A stretch of 64,000 bases of DNA, taken from contig JAAOMT010000627.1 of assembly GCA_016748015.1 (NCBI GenBank), positions 1-64,000 of the forward strand. The letters run 5' to 3'. Of this stretch, positions 1-12,749 are shown piece by piece. The translations under genes and the position numbers were made by a program. Under the pieces are notes generated by a model. The model was not told where the DNA came from, did not search any database, and saw only the letters and a list, made by a program, of their open reading frames with translations. The DNA comes from Geosiphon pyriformis uo1. Taxonomy: Eukaryota; Fungi; Glomeromycota. Numbering within the stretch: the first letter of the stretch is position 1; each line of letters begins with the position of its first letter.

Positions 1-2
1 TG

Positions 3-1349
3 GAGACATTAACAATTCCAACAGATTGGTCTCCAGATGAAAAACATCGGTTACAACAACAAGCCAAGCAATACTTCTTACACAACAACATGATTTATTA
101 TTGAAACTTCAGAAACCCAAACAATCCACTCAGATTAATACAAGAACATAAAAAAGAAACCATTTTATATAATATGCACTCAGACTCTTTATTAACACAC
201 CTAGGAAAAGACAACACCACCCAGAGAACACTAGAATATTACTTTTGGCCTTAAATGAGAAAAGACATTTATGAATACGTTAAGTCTTATGATAGTTGTC
301 AAAGAAGAGAAGGAACTCACCTTACAAAACCTTTAAACCCAATTAAAGTTGGACAGCCTTTTGACCGAATTAGTATTGATTTAGTTGGACCACTACCTAT
401 CACAAACCAAAGAAACCATTATATTGCAGTAACTGTAGACTATCTTACCAAATGGCCTGAAGCCAGAGCCATTCAATGAGCAGATGTGAAATCAGTAGCA
501 AATTTCATCTACGAAGACATCATTTGTAGACATAAATGCCCAATAGAACTTTTATCAGATCAAGGAACACATTTTGTGAACAACCTAATACAAAAAATTT
601 GTGAACAATTTAATGTCAAAAGACCTTTATCTTTGCCCTACCATCTACAGACAAATGAACTAGTGGAACGTTTCAACAGAACATTGTGTGAATTACTAGC
701 CAAAATCTCAACAGATTTTGAACAGGAATGAGATATCTTTATTCTATCAGTGTTACTAGCATATAGAATACTAAAACAAGATACCACAAAACACACACTA
801 TTTGATCTAACCTATGGAAGAACAGCAACATTACCAATTAGTTTCACAGTGAAAACATACCCAGTACAACCAATTAATAAAGACAACTTTCAGGAAACAC
901 TACAATGAAGAGCCTACACTCTGCTTAGCACGTTGGAAGGAAAACGACGAATAGCAGCCACCCATATTAAACACTCCCAAGCTCAACAAAAAGAATGGCA
1001 TGACAACAAATTGCCTCCAGTTACCAATGAATTTAAAATTGGAAACAAAGTTCTCTTACACAGAACTAAAGCTGAAAAACAATGGAGTGGAAAATTTGAA
1101 AATAAATGAGATGGACCATTTTTTATCCATAAAGTCCTAGGCAACAGATCATACAAACTAAGACTAGATGACAAAATTCTAGCAAAAGTTGCACATGGAG
1201 ATTGTTTGAAACACTATAATTCCAGAAACAATCCTGAACTATTAATTCCACAAATTGGTATACATTCCCCTTTAATCAATCCTGAAGATATTTTCCGAAA
1301 TTTAGAACCAATAGTTGTCATTGAACAACCTCCCAACTTGAACACTTAA
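3..1349 (+). pseudogene. Gypsy integrase (Zn-binding, DDE core, GPY/F module, no chromodomain) with in-frame stops
   Basis: Motifs SCQRR, PFDRISIDLVGP, VDYLTKWPEA, LSDQGTHF, TNELVERFNRTL, and KQWSGKFENK*DGPFFIHKV. Stops are TAA/TGA at Q/R/W positions. Confidence 0.92.
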
Positions 1350-1471
1350 CTTAAATTTATTACTATAGTTATCTCCTTATAATTTAGAAACAATCTCACA
1401 AAAACAAAGTAAAAATAATATAAAAACCCATACACCAAAAATAATTTTCTTTTATTTTCAAATCTCTTATA

Positions 1472-2528
1472 ATGACTATTCCTCAAAACATTCAACAATT
1501 ATCTCAAAAACTAATGTTAGCTTTAAAAACAATACCTGAATTATCTATTACTGTTACTGGAAACCACATTAATTATACCCAAACAGAAGTAGTTACAAAG
1601 TTAGCCCCAAATTCATGAAAATATTACCCATATAAGAAGAACACAAGAAGTTATTCTGGAATTTACCTGCCAGAACTTTTAAAGCTTGCTTTAAGAGAAA
1701 ACTTAATACTCACTCCTATTAGTATTCCACCAAATGCTACTATTCAACAAAAACTTCAACTGTGTCTTAATGAAGAAAACTACAACTATACTCCAATATA
1801 TAGANNNNNNNNNNNNNNNNNNNNNNNNNNNNNNNNNNNNNNNNNNNNNNNNNNNNNNNNNNNNNNNNNNNNNNNNNNNNNNNTCAAAAACTAATGTTAG
1901 CTTTAAAAACAATACCCGAATTATCTATTACTGTTACTGGAAACCACATTAATTATACCCAAACAGAAGTAGTTACAAAGTTAGCCCCAAATTCATGAAA
2001 ATATTACCCATATAAGAAGAACACAAGAAGTTATTCTGGAATTTACCTGCCAGAACTTTTAAAGCTTGCTTTAAGAGAAAACTTAATACTCACTCCTATT
2101 AGTATTCCACCAAATGCTACTATTCAACAAAAACTTCAACTGTGTCTTAATGAAGAAAACTACAACTATACTCCAATATATAGATATTTTTACATTGGAA
2201 AAACACTTCACGAACAAAAATGGAAGCTTACAGCAGCAAATCTTATAAAAGAAGCTATTCAGAAACAACTCCACAATAAATTCAAGACAACAGCTGAATC
2301 AACAAACAGTCGCTACAAGTTCAGAGCTGTTCTTAGACTTTATAACCTATTTCACACCTGTAAAAACGTCCTACAAAACCCAATTTTACAACCCTTGAAG
2401 ATTCAATATATTGGAAAGCTCACAAAACTGGAATTTCAAAAATTTTCAGACCAAATTTTTTTAATAATCTTGGATTACTATTTGGAAATTACAGACAGTA
2501 CTTAGACTTTGACAGAGCTCAGTCTTGA
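1472..2528 (+). pseudogene. Accessory ORF3 of family A (~225 aa after removing the gap duplication), function unknown
   Basis: Manual translation: MTIPQNIQQLSQKLMLALKTIPELSITVTGKPH... RYFYIGKTLHEQ... RYKFRAVLRLYNLF... IQYIGKLTKLEFQKF..., ending at the PPT (..FDRAQS*). Homologous segments occur in B, C and A'. Confidence 0.75.
1504..2184. other. Scaffold gap (79 N, 1805-1883) with unmerged 301-bp contig overlap
   Basis: 1504-1804 matches 1884-2184 except T1537 vs C1917. Confidence 0.9.
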
Positions 2529-2539
2529 GGAGAAGATTA

Positions 2540-3516
2540 TATTACCAGACGAAATTAGAGATATTATTTAGCATGAAATTATCTTTATAATCCCTATCAT
2601 TAATTAGCATATATTATTGTTTCAAATTATCACTTATTACATTAGCAAAAATGTCCAAAATTATCATTTAATTAATAACTCAATTTGTACATAACACAGA
2701 TGTAACCTAATTGTGATGATTAATCATGCAATACCCCAAAATACATAACATTCAAAAGTTTGCTGAAATTTGTAGAAATTCATCGAAATAATTAATAGTT
2801 CACCGAAATATCTATTAGTTTGCAGAAATAACTTGTAGTTTACCAAAATGTATCTTTAGTTCAGCAAAATTGTAGAAAAGAGCAAAGTTCAAGTTCATAG
2901 AATAGTGTTATGACAAGTTGTATAAAAGAAAAGCTTTTCTTTTCGAGGAAATGTATCTTACTTCAGATTTAACAATTAAAATCATCCTTTACACACAAAA
3001 ACAAAATAAAATATCAAATAATTTGAAAAATCAAATTCTTAATTATTTCCCTTTGAAATTAACCAATTTCTACTAAACAGTTTGAAATTGATTAACTACC
3101 AATTTCAGTAAACTGTTAGTGACTCCAGACCTGAATAGAAAACGTTTCCCTTGACAGAATTCTATTTCTTTTACATTTTTTTTACTTCTTTTTTATTTTT
3201 TTATAATCATTAGGGTAGCCTATAGATGGGATTCCTGTAGAAGAGTTGACTTTCACAGCAAAGTAACTACACATTTTTAGTGAACTTTCAGATGAGCAAT
3301 TCCTGGGAAAGAGTTGACATTTACTACAATGTAACTACATAAAGTAACTGGCATGGAATTGGCCATTCCACTTATAAGCCCAGCAGTTCAAATTATAGGA
3401 GATAATTTGAAAATAAATTCAGTTACTGGAGGTTCAACTACTTCCTGGAAACATGAATTCACAGCAAGTCAACATCAACAACATTTAAGAAAAGAGACCA
3501 AAAACCTCCAGTAACA
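2540..3516 (+). repeat. LTR family A (3' LTR)
   Basis: Runs T(A)TTACCAG...CCAGTAACA, with a PPT immediately upstream, TATA-like TGTATAAAAG at ~2920 and a ~20-bp motif array at 2757-2873. Confidence 0.92.
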
Positions 3517-4269
3517 CCATATTCATTAAACTTATAATAATAAAAAAAATAAAAAAATTAACAATAATACAAAAAATTAACCAATTATAAAATATTATAA
3601 TAATAATACAAAAATTTATATAGTAATAATTATAATAATAGTAAAAAAATATTATATTATAATAGTAGTAAATATTATTTTAAAATAACAAAAATAAAGT
3701 ATTACAATATGTTATTTTACAGAATTATTAATATATATATATATAATATAATTTTAATATTAAAAAAACGGATTAGAAATTTCAAATTTTAATATTAAAA
3801 AATATTTAATATTTGATAAATCTTTTAATTAATAAAAATAACAATAAAATATTGTTGAAAAATTAAATTATTATTACAAAATTATTATAAAATTACTTAT
3901 ATTTATTATTAAATAAAACTATTGTTTGTTAATAAAATTTATTAAAAAAATTATTATTTTATTTAGAAAAATATTTAAAAAATATTAATATTTGTGTTTT
4001 AAATTAGAGAAATATTTCAAACAATTACAAAATTAATCTTTAATTACAATAAATAAAATTTAAAATTAGGTTTTAAAAAGTACAATATATATAATATAAT
4101 AAAAAATTTTTATTTAAAACCAAAAATAGTATTTTAATAATAATTAAAAATTGCTTTAATTTAATATTAATTAAAAAAAATATTTTAAAAAAGTGTTATT
4201 TAACTTTAAAAAGCTTTAAATATTAAATTAATAAAATAAAAATAAAAAATAAAAATAAAAATAATTTTT

Positions 4270-7200
4270 TATTATTATTTTATTTAATAAGTAAGATTCA
4301 AATATTATCTAGTATAATATATTAAACTAAATAATCTAAACTAGAATTATGTATTTAACTATATATAACCAGTTATTTAAGCCAATCAAAACAAAATTAT
4401 ATACAAAAACCATGTTTTTAATATCAAAAAAATAAACATAATTTATATATATTAAAATTAACTTTAAAAGCTTTAACAATCTTAAGCAGTTTAATTATAT
4501 TACTAAACAATACAAATAACAAACTAACAATAATCACAAAAATAGTTTTATCATATAAAATAAGACTATTCTTTTCTATAAAAGTTTGATGTTTAAAATA
4601 AACAAATCAGATATTATTTGTATAAGTTAATTTAAAACTATATACAAAATTCATAATTTTTTCATTAGTAATTTTGGTATTTTTAAAAATTAAAAAAGAT
4701 TCTTAAAACCAGTTTTAAAAAACAAATTTTTTATATAAAACTGTATATACTAAAATATTAGAAAAACACAAAGAAAATAATTGTAAAATACATAAGAAAA
4801 ACTTAAACAAACTTTTAAATAACTATATAAAATTTAACAGTTTTTTACAAGATTTATCATCTAATTTACAAGAAAAAACATGATTTGAAAACTCAATATT
4901 CTTACAAAACAAATATAAAATACAATATTAGTATTTATTATATAGATATTTTATAAATAATTATAAACAATCTGTAATATAAAGTTTTTATAAAATAAAA
5001 ATATGCTTTAGCTATAACTTTACTTATAAATTCTGTTAATATGTGAAAATTAGAATGTTACACTAGCAATAATTTGAACCAATCTATATTTTTAAGTAAA
5101 TTAGTTTTTAAAACACAAATACCAGATCTAATTTTTTAATAAACACAATAAATTATCTAAAAAATTCTATAAACAAAATACTTTGTATTTTTTAAAACAA
5201 TTTTATTATTAACTTTAATAAAATATTGTTACTTATAGAAAAATAAAAATTATAATAGGTAAAAAAATAGGTAATAGAAAATTGTTATAGTAAAAAAAAA
5301 AATTTCAGAATTTTTCTCAAAAAATTAGAATTTTAAAATTCCAGAATTTCAAGATTTTTTTGAGAAATTGAAAAATTTTAAAAAATCTTATATAATAAGA
5401 AATATGTATATATAATAGTAATATTAGAAGCAAGAAAAAAAGTTAATTAGATTCAGACAGATATTTAGATAAATAATCATTAAAAATATCTTTTTTTTAT
5501 TAATAGTTACTATTACTAAAAGTAAAATCATACTTATATTAATAAAATACATTTTACTATCTAAATTCATATCATTATTGATTGCTTAAAGAATACTTAT
5601 TGTTTTATACTATCAACAATTAATGTTAATAAAATCCAAAACTTAATTACATTAAAACAATAGCTTTTAATTATAGTTATTAATAGAATACTAATTTTTG
5701 ATTTTTTTTCTTTTTTTTTATTGTTTTTTTGTTGTTTATTAATTTATTAAAAAATAAGTACTAAAATATTGATGTTAAAAATAGTCTGGTAAAAGACCCA
5801 AGAAACAAAAGTAAAAACTTAAAGATAGTTTATTAAAAAAACACAATTGCTAAATTAAATCAGTCATTATATTAAAGACAAAAATTGAGAAGAAATCAAT
5901 AATTAAATCTTTATTTATTATACAAAAAACTTAAACCAAAACTTTTAGATTATGAAAATTTTTAAAAATCATTATTATTAACAGCTATTGAACATTAAGT
6001 TACAGGTTTGTTATTTATTTTAGCACCCAAATAATTATTTGTAATAATGTTTTTGTATATAACTTAAAAGCACCACATTTGAAAATAAAACTGTATTAGC
6101 CAAAACATTAGGTTTTTTAATGTTTAAAACATTCAAATAGTTTTTAACTTTGTGTTAATTAATACTTAAATTTTTTTTCTTAATAATATTTACAATATAT
6201 TAATACTTAATTCAACAATAATTACAAAAATCTAATAAAACCAAAGCCAACTTTAAATAATATATATGTTCAAAACTACTTGGCTATTAGAAAACAATTT
6301 AATTGTATAAAAAAAAAATATTCTAAAGCAAACACAATAGTTTGCAACTTAGTTATAATAAAAGATATTAATTTAGACACTTTAATATCTAAACCCAGAT
6401 TTATGTTTTTAAAAAAAGCCAAAACATTAGTCTTTATTTTAATAATATTCAAATTGCTAAAAAAAACTACTGGTATAAACAAAAAAGCAAGCTATATTAA
6501 CATCTAATAGTTGGTAATAAACCAAATTAAACTTATATGAACTAAAAACATATAAAAATTGAAAGCTAATAGCCAAAAATAAGTTAAAAATACAGAAAAC
6601 TAACCTATTTAAAAATTTAGTAGCAGATTTAAACCAATCAAAAACAGAATTCCAAAAATCCAATCTTTTTCAACATTTAAAAATTTTTTAGTTAAAAACA
6701 TCACTTTTTTTATTATATAATTATTTAACAAAAACAATATTAAACTATTTAAGTAAATAAGACATCTTAAAAAAGACAAATCTATCTAAGATTATTAATA
6801 TTAAAATCCTATTTTAAAAGCAAAATACCAAACACAAAAAATTGATTAAAAACAAATTATAATCACAAAAAAAATAAACCACACTAATTAAAAAATTGTT
6901 TAATAAATTAATCTTAAAATAGACTAGATAGCATAAAAAGTGACAAAGAGACCAGCTTAAAACTTATAAGTTAAGAAATTTATAAATGAACAAATAGTTC
7001 AAGATGCTATATATATTATAAAAACTTAGCATAAAAGCCAATTTGTTTTTAGTTTGCACTTGTTTAAAAGTTTTTAAACTATACAAAGAAAAAAAATAAA
7101 TTATATAATTCAAAAAGTTTAAAAGTAAACAAGATTTAAACTTTAAGCTCTTATAAATTAAAGTGTTTTATTTATTATATACTCTATTAAAAATAAAACT

Positions 7201-7620
7201 AAATTAAGTTTTATAGTTAATAATAAAATAAAGTACTATTAAAACCAAATATAGAAACTATTTATTAGAAATAGCTTTTTTTAAAACTCTATTAGCAAAA
7301 AAATTAATGTTTAAATAAGTCTTTACCAAATTAGATTTAAATAAACTCTTTGTTAAAAAAAATACTTAAATATCTATAAAATTTTTTTTTTTAGTCATCA
7401 AAATTGGCAAATTACTAATCAACAAAAAATGATTCATAATTCTATGATTGATTAAAATAACCACTGTTTTATTATTATTAAGTAAATTATTATTAATTTA
7501 AAAAAATTTATTTATAATATTTAAAATATATTAAGTTGTAATTTAATTGTTATCTATTTAAATAGTACTATTAACAAATATATTAATAACAAAAAATGTT
7601 AAATTAATCTGATTTTTTAC
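4270..7620 (-). mobile_element. 5'-truncated, highly degenerate LINE (end of RT, RNase H, 3' UTR), interrupted by a solo LTR
   Basis: 4270-4400 matches the LINE 3' end at 19890-20010. ORF 6276-6482 is a degenerate version of the RNase H segment in ORF 20696-21442. Boundaries are approximate. Confidence 0.72.
5227..6046 (+). repeat. Solo LTR related to family B, inserted in the degenerate LINE
   Basis: Starts TGTTACTT and ends TTGTAATA. 5985-6046 is the reverse complement of the B-type LTR ends at 9559, 18854 and 43118. Flanks ATAT/ATGT fit a 4-bp TSD with one G>A change. Confidence 0.75.
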
Positions 7621-8481
7621 ATGTCTTATTTTAGTTATAAACTTAAAATTAATTTTATATTTATATATATTTTCTTGTTTTTTAATTTTATACAGAAAAA
7701 AATCATAGAAAATATGCTAGAAAAGAAAAAAAAATACTTTACTTTGATTTAATTTATCAAACACTTAATATCTATCTGTTAAGTTAAAGTTAATTATAGC
7801 TTAATTAACTTAATTATTGTAAATATTACTAAAAAACTTAATAAATCTGTTATACATTTTAACATGAATTAAACTGTTTTTTAAATATATTATTACAAAT
7901 AAACTTAATAAAATAAAAATCATAATTTTTGGTGTTTATGCTTTGGTATTTGAAAGTAGATTGTGTGTAGATATAATAGTTTCTCTAATATTATAGGTTA
8001 TCAGTCTCTAAAAATTTTTAATATATGTAAATTTAACTGTAAAGTTCTTTGATTATAAAATACAGAAATAGATTTTCTAGCAGATTTTATTTGTAGATAT
8101 AAGTTTTTTTCTCTAAGCTAATTAAGTACACTCATTATAATCTGGTATTGTTTTTTCATTTTTTTAGTAAACTAATAAAATAAAATTAATATTTAACACT
8201 AAAGAAAGCTTTTTTCTTTTATTAGATTATTATGAAGTCTATTTTTAAACAGTTAATTTTTAATGTTATTACTTTACAAAAAAAAAATTAAAGATAAAAA
8301 AAAAATAAAATGAAAAAAATAGAAAAATATAATTAATATTATTAATTACCATAATTAAGAACAATTGGTTCAAGTTATTAGAGTTTTAAAGCTATTTATG
8401 CTAATAATATTTAATCTGAAGTGAAGATAACAAAAACAATTAATTTAATTTTAATAATCAGAATATAAAAATCATGTATAA

Positions 8482-9441
8482 TATTATTAATAAAATTTTA
8501 ATCATTAATTAACATAAAATTACTCTTATAATTTTTATTATTAATTAATATATAGTATTATTATTTTAATTATTATTTATTAATTAATCAAAATTATTAA
8601 ACATTATTATTTAATTAATAATCTAATTTATAGAATACACAATTGTAATAATCAGATTATGTAATACACTAAACTTTATAATATTCAAGAATTTGTCAAA
8701 ATTTGTAAAATTTTGTAAATTAATTTAATAATTCACTAAAATAATTTATAGTTTATAAAAACAATTTATAATTTATTAAAATGTATTTTTAAATTCATTA
8801 AAACTATAGTAAAAAAAGTACAAGTTTAAAGAATAATACTACAATAAATTGTATAAAAGAAGAGCTTTTCTTTTCGAGAAAATATATTTTAGCTTAAATT
8901 ATCTTTTATTAGAAATATTTTTTTAGTAATTATACAAATTACTTCAATAAAAACTGTCTTAAAAACAACAAAAATTATAAATATTTTACTTAAAATTCTC
9001 TGAATTCTAACTAATATTTTAAAATTGATTAGTTATCAATTTTAATAATTTATTAATAATTCCAAGTCTAGATAAAAACAATTTTCTTAATAAATTTACA
9101 TTTCTTTTATTTTTTATTTTTTATTATTATAATCATTAAGATACCCTATAAACAAATTTTTTGTAAAAGAGTTAATTTTTACAGCAAAGTAACTATATAT
9201 TTTAATAAGCTTTTAGATAAGCAATTCCTAAAAAAAAGTAAATTTTTACTATAAAATAACTATATAAATAAATAGCACAGAATTGGTCATTCTACTTATA
9301 AGCTTAGCAGTTTAAATTATAGAAGATAATTTGAAAATAAATTCAGTTATTAAAGATTTATTAGTTTTTAATAATTAAAAACCAACAACAAAACAATATT
9401 AACAACATAAAAGAAAAAAGACCCAAAAATTTCTAGTAGTA
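8482..9441 (+). repeat. LTR family A (5' LTR of A')
   Basis: Colinear with 2540-3516 and followed by TTTGGTGTTC (PBS-like). Confidence 0.85.
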
Positions 9442-9558
9442 TTTGGTGTTCTTTTATGGAAATAACACAGCAACAATTAAATCAAAGTAGTAATTACATT
9501 AGACATAACAATTCTAAAATATTATTGTTACAGATTAGAGTAATAATTTAATAAATAG

Positions 9559-10476
9559 TGTTACAAGTGATTATTTGGGGTCTCAAAGCAAATAACAAAC
9601 CTGTAACTTGGTGCTCAATTGATAATGTTAGTAATATCTGAAAGTGTTTTGATTTGAAGGTTTTTTATTGGAGTTTTTTATATAATAGACAGAGATTCTC
9701 ATGTTATTTTATCCATCGCTTTTCAGAATCGCAATTTTGTCAATTTTTTTCTTAACATAGTGGCTGGCAATCCTCTGATAAGCAATCCGTAATTCTTATG
9801 TATTCTATCCACTTACAGGGGTCTTTTACTAGGCAATCTTTGACATTAATACTTAGTGCTTAATTTTTAATCAATTAGTATACACAACAAAATAAAGCAA
9901 AAATAAAGAGATAAGGAAAAATAAAGACAATAAGCCAAGGCAATATAAGTTAGTATTTTGTCAATAGCCATGATCAAAGACTATTGTTCCTGCAGGTTTT
10001 AAGTATCAATTACTATCAACATTTAGAGTTAATAGCAAAAAATTGGATTTAAGATGCTGAATAAGTATATTTATTGATATTTTGGAATAATATGGTTTTT
10101 AACTGAGGAATAGTAACTAATAAATTTCTGTTTGAGTATTCTGTCTTTTTTGTTTCTAATGCTACTGCTATATATATTTATTTTCTAGTTTTACAGAATT
10201 GCTTTGGATTGTCTGTTTTTGCTAGCTATTACTTTGTTTTTTAATATTATAATTAATTATTCTATATTATAACATGTTATCTAACATTATTACATGTTAT
10301 TCTGTATTATCTTATATTATAATACATTATCCCATGTTATAACACGTTATCCTATGTTATAACACATTATCTAACATTATTGTACACTATTCTGTGTCTT
10401 TTCATGTTTTGTTATGTTTTTCTTCAGATCATGTTTTTCTTTTTTTCTTTGATAGGCTTTTTTTCTTCAAATAATA
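9559..10476 (-). repeat. LTR family B (3' LTR)
   Basis: Direct repeat of 18854-19751, adjacent to the PPT AAAAAAAGAGGAGATAA on the minus strand. Confidence 0.95.
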
Positions 10477-10491
10477 TTATCTCCTCTTTTT

Positions 10492-11261
10492 TTAATATTG
10501 AGCTCCTATGAAGTCGGTTATGTTTGTTGATAAAACTTTGTTTATGTAATATTTAATAGTTATGTCAACTATGGCTTTTTGTAGATCTTCAAACTGTTGA
10601 TTGGTCATTTGTCCTATGTTGTTGACTGTTATTTTTTTTAAAGATCCATCCAATAGTACATTTGGACAATGTTAGAAAGTAACATATAATTGACATGCTG
10701 TCTTGTAGTATAGTGTCAGGTTGCTTCTTTTTATGAATTCTTCTACTTGTCATATTGCTTTTTTGTTGAAAGTTTTCTGGTTGTAGTCTCCATATGGGTT
10801 TTCTAAGTCTAGTTGTTCCCTAATTTTGTAAAACCAATATGTTGAAGGGAGTCTTTTTTTTCACTTCTGAACATTGTCTGGTGTTCATTCTCCTGTTTCA
10901 GGAGTTTGGTTTCATGAGCTAAAGATTTTTTAATTATTTCTAGCTTAAGGGCCAAATATGTTGTATATAATTGTTTTTGTCTTCTATCTAATTTTTTCAC
11001 TCTTTCTTCTTCCTTTCCTCTTTTTTTTCCATGTTTCATCCAAGAAGTATATTTAATTCTTTTTTGTAAAATTTTCTTTCTGGACGGAATATAAGAATGG
11101 GAACAGTTAGTTCTAGTTGAACTCTTGCCTATTTTTCTCTTCCCTTTATCTTTATATCTTATCTCTTTTTTATTGATTATAATTTTTATTTGAAATGTAG
11201 ATTTTTGAATTTTATTAAATAATTGTTTAGATAATTTTAAAATTTTGTTTAAAAGATCCAT
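10492..11261 (-). pseudogene. Accessory ORF3 of family B
   Basis: MDLLNKILKLSKQLFNKIQKS... YWFYKIREQL... YYKTACQLYVTF... ITVNNIGQMTNQQFEDL... DFIGAQY*. Contains frameshifts; aligns by eye to ORF3 of A. Confidence 0.75.
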
Positions 11262-11341
11262 GTTTGAAATTTCTATCATTCTTTTTTTTGTGGTCTTGAG
11301 GCTTATATGCATGTAATATCTAGATTTCGGCACATGTGTAG

Positions 11342-12500
11342 CTATGTCTTGATAATTATGATTGGTTCCATATTTCGTGGTATATCTTTTGGTCTGATTA
11401 ATAGAATTTGTGCTCCTAATTGTGGTTCCACTGATGTTGATTTTTTGTGTTTGATAAATTTTTAAACAATTTTTATGTGCTGTTCTTTTCAGAATTCTGT
11501 TTTCTAATCATAACTTGTAAGATTCGTTTCCTAAAATTTTGTGTATGTAAAATGGTCTGTCCCATTTTGGATCAAACTTTCCATTCCACTGTTTTTTCAC
11601 TTTGGTATAATGTAATAGTACTTTGTCTCCAATCTTAAATTCGACTGGTTTATTTGGTAATTGGTTATTGTGTCGTTTTTTTTGCTTTTCTTGAGACTTT
11701 TGAATGTTATCAGCTGCTTTTTGTCATCTGTTTTCTAGTGTTTCCATTAGGTCATATGTTCTTCTCAGCAATGTTTCTTGGAAATTGTCTTCTGTTATTG
11801 GTTTCATTGGATATGTATTGATCTTTATCTTAACTGGTAATGTTGCCGTTCTATTGTATACTAATTTAAATAGTGTTGCTTGTATAGTATCTTGCTTCAT
11901 CATTTGATAAGCAAATAATACTGATAATATAAATAAATCCCATTTGTTCTGGTTTTTTTAACTGATCTTGGCTATCAGTTTGCACAATGTTCTATTGAAT
12001 TTTTTGACTAATCCATTGGTTTGTGAATAATATGGTGATGATAATAGTCTCTTTATTCTGAATCTTTGACTCAGTTCTGTTAATGTTCTATTTACAAAGT
12101 GAATTCCTTGGTCGGATAATAATTTTTTTGGACATCTATGTCAACAAATCAAATCTTAATAGATGAATTTGGCAACAGATTCTGCATCTGCTCTTTGAAT
12201 TGCTTTTGCTTCTGGCCATTTAGTGAGATAATCCATGGCTACTGTGATGTATTTGTTCCTTCTGCTAGTTATTGTTAATGGTTCAACTAAGTCAATTCCA
12301 ATACACTCAAATGATTGTCCTATTTTGATTGGTTTTAATGGCTCACTGGATCTTGTTCCTTTTTTTCTTTGACAAACATCACAATTTTGCATGTATTGGA
12401 TGATGTCTAGGTACATGGATGGCCAATAGTATTTATTTCTGGTTCTTTCTATGGTTGCTTCTTTGTGAAAATATCCTGCTGTTGAATCGGAGTACATATT
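11342..12500 (-). pseudogene. Integrase of element B
   Basis: ORF 12156-12497 (KYYWPSMY, CDVCQR, IGIDLVEP, MDYLTKWPEA). The LSDQG and KFDPKWDRPF regions lie downstream. Confidence 0.93.
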
Positions 12501-12749
12501 GAATAATATTGTTTCTTTTTCTGGTTTTGTAATTACTCTGGTTGGTTGATTTGAATTCTTTTTGTTTTTTCAATAAAGTATATTTTGGTGAGTGATAAAA
12601 TATTTGGACTGTTGTTTAATATGGTTTTGTTCCTTTTGAGATAATCTCTCCTCAAACCATTGAGTATTTATTAAATATTGAAGTTGTTGATATTTTTGTG
12701 TATTCATCTTTTTGTTATATTTTTGGGTTGAAGTGTTCTTAGATTTGTT

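Larger units (their letters stand above)
1..3516 (+). mobile_element. 3' part of Ty3/Gypsy LTR retrotransposon, family A (integrase, ORF3, PPT, 3' LTR); 5' part lies outside the window
   Basis: Integrase fragments in one frame (255-479, 486-731). A purine tract GAGGAGAAGA precedes an LTR ending CCTCCAGTAACA at 3516. The LTR is homologous to 8482-9441, 24794-25764 (rc), 42815-43117 and 48553-49489. Confidence 0.93.

Noticed and set aside
1220-1349. Chromodomain at the integrase C-terminus
   Set aside because: Only ~40 aa follow the GPF module, with no Y.VKW.G-type motif.
1504-2184. Real tandem duplication in ORF3
   Set aside because: The copies abut an N gap and the homologous A' region has a single copy, which points to an assembly overlap.
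2757-2873. CRISPR-like repeat-spacer appearance of the LTR arrays (also 10257-10395 and 34990-35107)
   Set aside because: Units are 10-20 bp, degenerate, lack unique spacers, lie within eukaryotic LTRs, and no cas genes are present.
7620-8480. Possible additional TE remnant
   Set aside because: Too degenerate to assign by eye; no supportable domain or termini.
10492-11261. ORF3 as an envelope gene
   Set aside because: It is short, basic and hydrophilic, with no signal peptide, furin/fusion peptide or TM anchor evident.
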